NCBI GenBank assembly: GCA_964016885.1
Contig: OZ024744.1
Coordinates: 127,782,001 to 127,846,000 of the forward strand
Direction of reading: 5' to 3'
Source of the DNA: Eledone cirrhosa
Taxonomy: Eukaryota
DNA: 64,000 nt
This document shows, piece after piece, positions 37,301-48,000 of the stretch. Both the position numbers and the translations under genes were made by a program. The notes below the pieces were generated by a model that was given only the letters and a program-made list of their open reading frames with translations, made no database searches and was not told the origin of the DNA. Positions within the stretch are counted from its first letter, which is position 1. Every line of letters begins with the position of its first letter.

Positions 37301-40300
37301 AGTTAATTTGGGGTTAAGTTAAGTTGGCGTTAAGTTAAGTTGGGGTTAAGTTAAGTTGGGGTTAAGTTAATTTGCGGTTAAGTTAGGTTGTGGGTTAAGT
37401 TAAGTTGGGGTTAAGTTAAGCTGGGGTTAAGTGGGGGTAAGTTAAGTTGGGGTTAAGTTAAGTTGGGGTTAAGTTAAGTTGGGGTTAAGTTAAGTTGGGG
37501 TTAAGTTAAGTTGGGGTTAAGTTAAGTTGGGGTTAAGTTAAGTTGGGGTTAAGTTAAGTTGGGGTTGAGTTAAGTTGGGGTTGAGTTAAGTTGGGGTTAA
37601 GTTAAGTTGGGGTTAAGTTAAGTTGGGGTTAAGTTAAGTTGGGGTTAAGTTAAGTTGGGGGTAAGTTAAGTTGGGGGCAAGTTAAGTTGGGGTTAAGTTA
37701 AGTTGGGGTTAAGTTAAGTTGGGGTTAAGTTAAGTTAGGGTCAATTTCAGTTGGGGTTATGTTAAGTTGGGGTTAAGTTAAGTTGGGGTTAAGTTAAGTT
37801 GGGGGTAAGTTAAGTGGGGTGTAAGTTAAGTTGGGGTTAAGTTAAGTTGGGGTTCAGTTCAGTTGGGGTTAAGTTAAGTTGGGGTTAAGTTAAGCTGGGG
37901 GTAAGTTAAGTTGGGTGTAAGTTAAGTTGGGGTTAAGTTAAGTTGGGGTTAAGTTAAGTTGGGGGTTAGTTAAGTTGGGGGCAAGTTAAGTTGGGGTTAA
38001 TTTAAGTTGGGGTTAATTTAAGTTGGGGTTATGTTAAGTTGGGGTTAAGTTAAGTTGGCGTTAAGTTAAGTTGGGGGTAAGTTAAGTTGGGGTTAAGTTA
38101 AGTTGGGGGTAAGTTAAGTTGAGGGTAAGTTAAGTTGGGTTAAGTTAATTTGGGGTTAAATTAAGATGGGGGTAAGTTAAGTTGGGGGTAAGTTAAGTTG
38201 GGGTTAAGTTAAGTTGGGGTTAAATTAAGTTGAGGTTAAGTTAAGTTGGGGTTAAGTTAAATTGGGGTTAATTTAAGTTGGTGGTAAGATTAGTTGACGC
38301 TAAGTTAAGTTGGGGCTAAGTCAATTGGGGTTAAGTCAAGTTGAGGTTAACTTAAGTTGGGGTTATGTTAAGTTGGGGTTAAGTTGGGGCTAAGTTAAGT
38401 TGGGGCTGAGTTAAGTTGGGGTTAAGTTAAGTTGGGGTTGAGTTAAGTTGGGGTTAAGTTAAGTTGGGATTAAGTTAAGTTGGGGTTAAGTTAAGTTCGG
38501 CTTGAGTTAAGTTGGGGTTAAGTTAAGTTGGGGTTAATTTAAGTTGGGGTTAAGTTAAGTTGGAGTTAAGATAAGTTGGGGTTAAGTTAAGGTGGGGTTA
38601 AGTTAAGTTGGGGTTGAGTTAATTTGGGGTTAAGTTAAGTTGGGGTTAACTTAAGTTGGGGTTAAGTTGGGGTTAAGTTAAGTTGGGGTTAAGTTAAGTT
38701 GGGGGTAGGTTAAGTTGGGGGCAAATTAAGTTGGGGTTAAGTTAAGTTGGGTTTAAGTTAAGTTGGGGCTAAGTTAAGTTGGGGCTAAGTTAAGTTGGGG
38801 CTGAGTTAAGTTGGGGTTAAGTTAAGTTGGGGTTGAGTTAAGTTGGGGTTATGTTAAGTTAGGGTTGAGTTAAGTTGGGGTTGAGTTAAGTTGGGGTTGA
38901 GTTAAGTTGGGGTTAAGTTAAGTTGGCGTTAAGTTAAGTTGGGGTTAAGTTAAGTTGGGGTTAAGTTAATTTGCGGTTAAGTTAGGTTGTGGGTTAAGTT
39001 AAGTTGGGGTTAAGTTAAGCTGGGGTTAAGTTGGGGTAAGTTAAGTTGGGGGTAAGTTAAGTTGGGGTTAAGTTAAGTTGGGGTTAAGTTCAGTTGGGGT
39101 TAAGTTAAGTTGGGGTTAAGTTAAGTTGGGGTTAAGTTAAGTTGGGGTTAAGTTAAGTTGGGGGTAAGTTAAGTTGGGGGCAAGTTAAGTTGGGGTTAAG
39201 TTGGAGCTAAGTTAAGTTGGGGCTGAGTTAATTTGGGGTTAAGTTAAGTTGGGGTTGAGTTAAGTTGGGGTTAAGTTAAGTTGGGGTTAAGTTTAAGTTG
39301 GGATTAAGTTAAGTTGGGGTTAAGTTAAGTTCGGCTTGAGTTAAGTTCGGCTTGAGTTAAGTTGGGGTTAAGTTAAGTTGGGATTAAGTTAAGTTGGGGT
39401 TAAGATAAGTTGGGGTTAAGTTAAGTTGGGGTTAAGGTAAGTTGGGGTTGAGTTAATTTGGGGTTAAGTTAAGTTGGGGTTAACTTAAGTTGGGGTTAAG
39501 TTGGGGTTAAATTAAGTTGGGGTTAAGTTAAGTTGGGGGTAGGTTAAGTTGGGGGCAAGTTAAGTTGGGGTTAAGTTAAGTTGGGGTTAAGTTAAGTTGG
39601 GTTTAAGTTAAGTTGGGGCTAAGTTAAGTTGGGGCTAAGTTAAGTTGGGGCTGAGTTAAGTTGGGGTTAAGTTAAGTTGGGGTTGAGTTAAGTTGGGGTT
39701 ATGTTAAGTTAGGGTTGAGTTAAGTTGGGGTTGAGTTAAGTTGGGGTTGAGTTAAGTTGGCGTTAAGTTAAGTTGGGGTTAAGTTAAGTTGGCGTTAAGT
39801 TAAGTTGGGGTTAAGTTAAGTTGGGGTTAAGTTAATTTGCGGTTAAGTTAGGTTGTGGGTTAAGTTAAGTTGGGGTTAAGTTAAGCTGGGGTTAAGTTGG
39901 GGTAAGTTAAGTTGGGGGTAAGTTAAGTTGGGGTTAAGTTAAGTTTGGGTTAAGTTAAGTTGGGGTTAAGTTAAGTTGGGGTTAAGTTAAGTTGGGGTTG
40001 AGTTAAGTTGGGGTTGAGTTAAGTTGGGGTTAAGTTAAGTTGGGGTTAAGTTAAGCTGGGGTTAAGTTGGGGTAAGTTAAGTTGGGGGTAAGTTAAGTTG
40101 GGGTTAAGTTAAGTTGGGGTTAAGTTAAGTTGGGGTTAAGTTAAGTTGGGGTTGAGTTAAGTTGGGGTTAAGTTAAGCTGGGGTAAGTTAAGTTGGGGTT
40201 AAGTTAAGTTGGGGTTAAGTTAAGTTGGGGTTAAGTTAAGTTGGGGGTAAGTTAAGTTGGGGGCAAGTTAAGTTGGGGTTAAGTTAAGTTGGGGTTAAGT

Positions 40301-40500
40301 TGGGGCTAAGTTAAGTTGGGGCTGAGTCAATTTGGGGTTAAGTTAAGTTGGGGTTGAGTTAAGTTGGGGTTAAGTTAAGTTGGGATTAAGTTAAGTTGGG
40401 GTTAAGTTAAGTTCGGCTTGAGTTAATTTCGGCTTGAGTTAAGTTGGGGTTAAGTTAAGTTGGGGTTAATTTAAGTTGGGGTTAAGTTAAGTTGGGGTTA
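16325..40500 (+). repeat. Tandem duplication of a ~12 kb higher-order unit (copy A about 16325-28105, copy B about 28105-40500)
   Basis: Rare variants seen in both copies: gttgtggttaag ~16651/28431 (offset 11780); gggactaag 19031/31021, ttacattggc 19531/31521 and ttcggtgtaag ~20071/32061 (offset 11990); ggggggaag 21231/33493 and ggcctaag 21912/34174 (offset 12262); ggtacgtt 23475/35587; gagtCaattt 27935/40328 (offset 12393). Confidence 0.88.
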
Positions 40501-43500
40501 AGATAAGTTGGGGTTAAGTTAAGTTGGGGTTAAGTTAAGTTGGGGTTGAGTTAATTTGGGGTTAAGTTAAGTTGGGGTTAACTTAAGTTGGGGTTAAGTT
40601 GGGGTCAAGTTAAGTTGGGGTTAAGTTAAGTTGGGGGTAGGTTAAGTTGGGGGCAAGTTAAGTTGGGGTTAAGTTAAGTTGGGGTTAAGTTAAGTTGGGT
40701 TTAAGTTAAGTTGGGGCTAAGTTAAGTTGGGGCTAAGTTAAGTTGGGGCTGAGTTAAGTTGGGGTTAAGTTAAGCTGGGGTTGAGTTAAGTTGGGGTTAT
40801 GTTAAGTTAGGGTTGAGTTAAGTTGGGGTTGAGTTAAGTTGGGGTTGAGTTAAGTTGGGGTTAAGTTAAGTTGGCGTTAAGTTAAGTTGGGGTTAAGTTA
40901 AGTTGGGGTTAAGTTAATTTGCGGTTAAGTTAGGTTGTGGGTTAAGTTAAGTTGGGGTTAAGTTAAGCTGGGGTTAAGTTGGGGTAAGTTAAGTTGGGGG
41001 CAAGTTAAGTTGGGGTTAAGTTAAGTTGGGGTTAAGTTAAGTTGGGGTTAAGTTAAGTTGGGGGTAAGTTAAGTTGGGGGCAAGTTAAGTTGGGGTTAAG
41101 TTAAGTTGGGGTTAAGTTAAGTTGGGGTTAAGTTAAGTTAGGGTTAATTTCAGTTGGGGTTATGTTAAGTTGGGGTTAAGTTAAGTTGGGGTTAAGTTAA
41201 GTTGGGGGTAAGTTAAGTGGGGTGTAAGTTAAGTTGGGGTTAAGTTAAGTTGGGGTTCAGTTCAGTTGGGGTTAAGTTAAGTTGGGGTTAAGTTAAGCTG
41301 GGGGTAAGTTAAGTTGGGTGTAAGTTAAGTTGGGGTTAAGTTAAGTTGGGGTTAAGTTAAGTTGGGGGTTAGTTAAGTTGGGGGCAATTTAAGTTGGGGT
41401 TAAGTTAAGTTGGGGTTAAGTTAAGTTGGGGTTGAGTTAAGTTGGGGTTGAGTTAAGTTGGGGTTAAGTTAAGTTGGGGTTAAGTTAAGTTGGGGTTAAG
41501 TTAAGTTGGGGTTAAGTTAAGTTGGGGGTAAGTTAAGTTGGGGGCAAGTTAAGTTGGGGTTAAGTTAAGTTGGGGTTAAGTTAAGTTGGGGTTAAGTTAA
41601 GTTAGGGTCAATTTCAGTTGGGGTTATGTTAAGTTGGGGTTAAGTTAAGTTGGGGTTAAGTTAAGTTGGGGGTAAGTTAAGTGGGGTGTAAGTTAAGTTG
41701 GGGTTAAGTTAAGTTGGGGTTCAGTTCAGTTGGGGTTAAGTTAAGTTGGGGTTAAGTTAAGCTGGGGGTAAGTTAAGTTGGGTGTAAGTTAAGTTGGGGT
41801 TAAGTTAAGTTGGGGTTAAGTTAAGTTGGGGGTTAGTTAAGTTGGGGGCAAGTTAAGTTGGGGTTAATTTAAGTTGGGGTTAAGTTAAGTTGGGGTTATG
41901 TTAAGTTGGGGTTAAGTTAAGTTGGCGTTAAGTTAAGTTGGGGGTAAGTTAAGTTGGGGTTAAGTTAAGTTGGGGGTAAGTTAAGTTGAGGGTAAGTTAA
42001 GTTGGGGTTAAGTTAAGTTGGGGTTAAATTAAGATGGGGGTAAGTTAAGTTGGGGGTAAGTTAAGTTGGGGTTAAGTTAAGTTGGGGTTAAATTAAGTTG
42101 AGGTTAAGTTAAGTTGGGGTTAAGTTAAATTGGGGTTAATTTAAGTTGGGGGTAAGATAAGTTGGGGCTAAGTTAAGTTGGGGCTAAGTCAAGTTGGGGT
42201 TAAGTCAAGTTGAGGTTAACTTAAGTTGGGGTTATGTTAAGTTGGGGTTAAGTTGGGGCTAAGTTAAGTTGGGGCTGAGTTAAGTTGGGGTTAAGTTAAG
42301 TTGGGGTTGAGTTAAGTTGGGGTTAAGTTAAGTTGGGATTAAGTTAAGTTGGGGTTAAGATAAGTTGGGGTTAAGTTAAGGTGGGGTTAAGTTAAGTTGG
42401 GGTTGAGTTAATTTGGGGTTAAGTTAAGTTGGGGTTAACTTAAGTTGGGGTTAAGTTGGGGTTAAGTTAAGTTGGGGTTAAGTTAAGTTGGGGGTAGGTT
42501 AAGTTGGGGGCAAGTTAAGTTGGGGTTAAGTTAAGTTGGGTTTAAGTTAAGTTGGGGCTAAGTTAAGTTGGGGCTAAGTTAAGTTGGGGCTGAGTTAAGT
42601 TGGGGTTAAGTTAAGTTGGGGTTGAGTTAAGTTGGGGTTATGTTAAGTTAGGGTTGAGTTAAGTTGGGGTTGAGTTAAGTTGGGGTTGAGTTAAGTTGGG
42701 GTTAAGTTAAGTTGGCGTTAAGTTAAGTTGGGGTTAAGTTAAGTTGGGGTTAAGTTAATTTGCGGTTAAGTTAGGTTGTGGGTTAAGTTAAGTTGGGGTT
42801 AAGTTAAGCTGGGGTTAAGTTGGGGTAAGTTAAGTTGGGGGTAAGTTAAGTTGGGGTTAAGTTAAGTTGGGGTTAAGTTTAAGTTGGGATTAAGTTAAGT
42901 TGGGGTTAAGTTAAGTTCGGCTTGAGTTAAGTTCGGCTTGAGTTAAGTTGGGGTTAAGTTAAGTTGGGATTAAGTTAAGTTGGGGTTAAGATAAGTTGGG
43001 GTTAAGTTAAGTTGGGGTTAAGGTAAGTTGGGGTTGAGTTAATTTGGGGTTAAGTTAAGTTGGGGTTAACTTAAGTTGGGGTTAAGTTGGGGTTAAATTA
43101 AGTTGGGGTTAAGTTAAGTTGGGGGTAGGTTAAGTTGGGGGCAAGTTAAGTTGGGGTTAAGTTAAGTTGGGGTTAAGTTAAGTTGGGTTTAAGTTAAGTT
43201 GGGGCTAAGTTAAGTTGGGGCTAAGTTAAGTTGGGGCTGAGTTAAGTTGGGGTTAAGTTAAGTTGGGGTTGAGTTAAGTTGGGGTTATGTTAAGTTAGGG
43301 TTGAGTTAAGTTGGGGTTGAGTTAAGTTGGGGTTGAGTTAAGTTGGGGCTGAGTTAAGTTGGCGTTAAGTTAAGTTGGGGTTAAGTTAAGTTGGCGTTAA
43401 GTTAAGTTGGGGTTAAGTTAAGTTGGGGTTAAGTTAATTTGCGGTTAAGTTAGGTTGTGGGTTAAGTTAAGTTGGGGTTAAGTTAAGCTGGGGTTAAGTT

Positions 43501-45060
43501 GGGGTAAGTTAAGTTGGGGGTAAGTTAAGTTGGGGTTAAGTTAAGTTGGGGTTAAGTTAAGTTGGGGTTAAGTTAAGTTGGGGTTAAGTTAAGTTGGGGT
43601 TGAGTTAAGTTGGGGTTAAGTTAAGCTGGGGTTAAGTTGGGGTAAGTTAAGTTGGGGGTAAGTTAAGTTGGGGTTAAGTTAAGTTGGGGTTAAGTTAAGT
43701 TGGGGTTAAGTTAAGTTGGGGTTAAGTTAAGTTGGGGTTGAGTTAAGTTGGGGTTAAGTTAAGTTGGGGTTAAGTTAAGCTGGGGTTAAGTTGGGGTAAG
43801 TTAAGTTGGGGGTAAGTTAAGTTGGGGTTAAGTTAAGTTGGGGTTAAGTTAAGTTGGGGTTAATTTAAGTTGGGGTTAAGTTAAGTTGGGGTTGAGTTAA
43901 GTTGGGGTTAAGTTAAGCTGGGGTAAGTTAAGTTGGGGTTAAGTTAAGTTGGGGTTAAGTTAAGTTGGGGTTAAGTTAAGTTGGGGGTAAGTTAAGTTGG
44001 GGGCAAGTTAAGTTGGGGTTAAGTTAAGTTGGGGTTAAGTTGGGGCTAAGTTAAGTTGGGGCTGAGTCAATTTGGGGTTAAGTTAAGTTGGGGTTGAGTT
44101 AAGTTGGGGTTAAGTTAAGTTGGGATTAAGTTAAGTTGGGGTTAAGTTAAGTTCGGCTTGAGTTAATTTCGGCTTGAGTTAAGTTGGGGTTAAGTTAAGT
44201 TGGGGTTAATTTAAGTTGGGGTTAAGTTAAGTTGGGGTTAAGATAAGTTGGGGTTAAGTTAAGTTGGGGTTAAGTTAAGTTGGGGTTGAGTTAATTTGGG
44301 GTTAAGTTAAGTTGGGGTTAACTTAAGTTGGGGTTAAGTTGGGGTCAAGTTAAGTTGGGGTTAAGTTAAGTTGGGGGTAGGTTAAGTTGGGGGCAAGTTA
44401 AGTTGGGGTTAAGTTAAGTTGGGGTTAAGTTAAGTTGGGTTTAAGTTAAGTTGGGGCTAAGTTAAGTTGGGGCTAAGTTAAGTTGGGGCTGAGTTAAGTT
44501 GGGGTTAAGTTAAGTTGGGGTTGAGTTAAGTTGGGGTTATGTTAAGTTAGGGTTGAGTTAAGTTGGGGTTGAGTTAAGTTGGGGTTGAGTTAAGTTGGGG
44601 TTAAGTTAAGTTGGCGTTAAGTTAAGTTGGGGTTAAGTTAAGTTGGGGTTAAGTTAATTTGCGGTTAAGTTAGGTTGTGGGTTAAGTTAAGTTGGGGTTA
44701 AGTTAAGCTGGGGTTAAGTTGGGGTAAGTTAAGTTGGGGGCAAGTTAAGTTGGGGTTAAGTTAAGTTGGGGTTAAGTTAAGTTGGGGTTAAGTTAAGTTA
44801 GGGTTAATTTCAGTTGGGGTTATGTTAAGTTGGGGTTAAGTTAAGTTGGGGTTAAGTTAAGTTGGGGGTAAGTTAAGTGGGGTGTAAGTTAAGTTGGGGT
44901 TAAGTTAAGTTGGGGTTCAGTTCAGTTGGGGTTAAGTTAAGTTGGGGTTAAGTTAAGCTGCGGGTAAGTTAAGTTGGGTGTAAGTTAAGTTGGGGTTAAG
45001 TTAAGTTGGGGTTAAGTTAAGTTGGGGGTTAGTTAAGTTGGGGGCAATTTAAGTTGGGGT
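37500..45060 (+). repeat. Tandem duplication of a ~3.7-3.9 kb unit (about 37.5-41.4 and 41.4-45.06 kb)
   Basis: Paired markers: gggtCaatttcag 37742/41609, gtttaagttgggatt ~39291/42877, gagtCaattt 40328/44068, ggggtCaag 40606/44346, gggggCaattt 41385/45045. Confidence 0.75.
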
Positions 45061-48000
45061 TAATTTAAGTTGGGGTTAAGTTAAGTTGGGGTTATGTTAA
45101 GTTGGGGTTAAGTTAAGTTGGGGGTAAGTTAAGTTGGGGTTAAGTTAAGTTGGGGGTAAGTTAAGTTGAGGGTAAGTTAAGTTGGGGTTAAGTTAAGTTG
45201 GGGTTAAATTAAGATGGGGGTAAGTTAAGTTGGGGGTAAGTTAAGTTGGGGTTAAGTTAAGTTGGGGTTAACTTAAGTTGAGGTTAAGTTAAGTTGGGGT
45301 TAAGTTAAATTGGGGTTAATTTAAGTTGGGGGTAAGATAAGTTGGGGCTAAGTTAAGTTGGGGCTAAGTCAAGTTGGGGTTAAGTCAAGTTGAGGTTTAC
45401 TTAAGTTGGGGTTATGTTAAGTTGGGGTTAAGTTGGGGCTAAGTTAAGTTGGGGCTGAGTTAAGTTCGGCTTGAGTTAAGTTGGGGTTAAGTTAAGTTGG
45501 GGTTAATTTAAGTTGGGGTTAAGTTAAGTTGGGGTTAAGATAAGTTGGGGTTAAGTTAAGTTGGGGTTAAGTTAAGTTGGGGTTGAGTTAATTTGGGGTT
45601 AAGTTAAGTTGGGGTTAACTTAAGTTGGGGTTAAGTTGGGGCTAAGTTAAGTTGGGGTTAAGTTAAGTTGGGGGTAAGTTAAGTTGGGGGCAAGTTAAGT
45701 TGGGGTTAAGTTAAGTTGGGGTTAAGTTGGGGCTAAGTTAAATTGGGGCTGAGTTAATTTGGGGTTAAGTTAAGTTGGGGTTGAGTTAAGTTGGGGTTAA
45801 GTTAAGTTGGGGTTAATTTAAGTTGGGATTAAGTTAAGATGGGGTTAAGATAAGTTGGGGTTAAGTTAAGTTGGGGTTAAGTTAAGTTGGGGTTGAGTTA
45901 ATTTGGGGTTAAGTTAAGTTGGGGTTAACTTAAGTTGGGGTTAAGTTGGGGTTAAGTTAAGTTGGGGTTAAGTTAAGTTGGGGGTAGGTTAAGTTGGGGG
46001 CAAGTTAAGTTGGGGTTAAGTTAAGTTGGGGTTAAGTTAAGTTGGGTTTAAGTTAAGTTGGGGCTAAGTTAAGTTGGGGCTAAGTTAAGTTGGGGCTGAG
46101 TTAAGTTGGGGTTAAGTTAAGTTGGGGTTGAGTTAAGTTGGGGTTATGTTAAGTTAGGGTTGAGTTAAGTTGGGGTTGAGTTAAGTTGGGGTTGAGTTAA
46201 GTTGGGGTTAAGTTAAGTTGGCGTTAAGTTAAGTTGGGGTTAAGTTAAGTCGGGGTTAAGTTAATTTGCGGTTAAGTTAGGTTGTGGGTTAAGTTAAGTT
46301 GGGGTTAAGTTAAGCTGGGGTTAAGTTGGGGTAAGTTAAGTTGGGGGTAAGTTAAGTTGGGGTTAAGTTAAGTTGGGGTTAAGTTAAGTTGGGGTTAAGT
46401 TAAGTTGGGGTTAAGTTAAGTTGGGGTTGAGTTAAGTTGGGGTTGAGTTAAGTTGGGGTTAAGTTAAGCTAGGGTTAAGTTGGGGTAAGTTAAGTTGGGG
46501 TTAAGTTAAGTTGGGGTTAAGTTAAGTTGGGGTTAAGTTAAGTTGGGGGTAAGTTAAGTTGGGGGCAAGTTAAGTTGGGGTTAAGTTAAGTTGGGGTTAA
46601 GTTGGGGCTAAGTTAAGTTGGGGCTGAGTTAATTTGGGGTTAAGTTAAGTTGGGGTTGAGTTAAGTTGGGGTTAAGTTAAGTTGGGATTAAGTTAAGTTG
46701 GGGTTAAGTTGGGGTTAAGTTAAGTTGGGGTTAAGTTAAGTTGGGGGTAGGTTAAGTTGGGGGCAAGTTAAGTTGGGGTTAAGTTAAGTTGGGGTTAAGT
46801 TAAGTTGGGTTTAAGTTAAGTTGGGGCTAAGTTAAGTTGGGGCTAAGTTAAGTTGGGGCTGAGTTAAGTTGGGGTTAAGTTAAGTTGGGGTTGAGTTAAG
46901 TTGGGGTTATGTTAAGTTAGGGTTGAGTTAAGTTGGGGTTGAGTTAAGTTGGGGTTGAGTTAAGTTGGGGTTAAGTTAAGTTGGCGTTAAGTTAAGTTGG
47001 GGTTAAGTTAAGTTGGGGTTAATTTAATTTGCGGTTAAGTTAGGTTGTGGGTTAAGTTAAGTTGGGGTTAAGTTAAGCTGGGGTTAAGTTGGGGTAAGTT
47101 AAGTTGGGGTTAAGTTAAGTTGGGGTTAAGTTAAGTTGGGGTTAACTTAAGTTGGGGTTAAGTTAAGTTGGGGTTAAGTTAAGTTGGGGTTAAGTTAAGT
47201 TGGGGTTGAGTTAAGTTGGGGTTGAGTTAAGTTGGGGTTAAGTTAAGTTGGGGTTAAGTTAAGTTGGGGTTAAGTTAAGTTGGGGTTAAGTTAAGTTGGG
47301 GGTAAGTTAAGTTGGGGGCAAGTTAAGTTGGGGTTAAGTTAAGTTGGGGTTAAGTTAAGTTGGGGTTAAGTTAAGTTAGGGTCAATTTCAGTTGGGGTTA
47401 TGTTAAGTTGGGGTTAAGTTAAGTTGGGGTTAAGTTAAGTTGGGGGTAAGTTAAGTGGGGTGTAAGTTAAGTTGGGGTTAAGTTAAGTTGGGGTTCAGTT
47501 CAGTGGGGGTTAAGTTAAGTTGGGGTTAAGTTAAGCTGGGGGTAAGTTAAGTTGGGTGTAAGTTAAGTTGGGGTTAAGTTAAGTTGGGGTTAAGTTAAGT
47601 TGGGGGTTAGTTAAGTTGGGGGCAAGTTAAGTTGGGGTTAATTTAAGTTGGGGTTAAGTTAAGTTGGGGTTATGTTAAGTTGGGGTTAAGTTAAGTTGGC
47701 GTTAAGTTAAGTTGGGGGTGAGTTAAGTTGGGGTTAAGTTAAGTTGGGGGTAAGTTAAGTTGAGGGTAAGTTAAGTTGGGGTTAAGTTAAGTTGGGGTTA
47801 AATTAAGATGGGGGTAAGTTAAGTTGGGGGTAAGTTAAGTTGGGGTTAAGTTAAGTTGGGGTTAAATTAAGTTGAGGTTAAGTTAAGTTGGGGTTAAGTT
47901 AAATTGGGGTTAATTTAAGTTGGGGGTAAGTTAAGTTGGGGCTAAGTTAAGTTGGGGCTAAGTCAAGTTGGGGTTAAGTCAAGTTGAGGTTAACTTAAGT

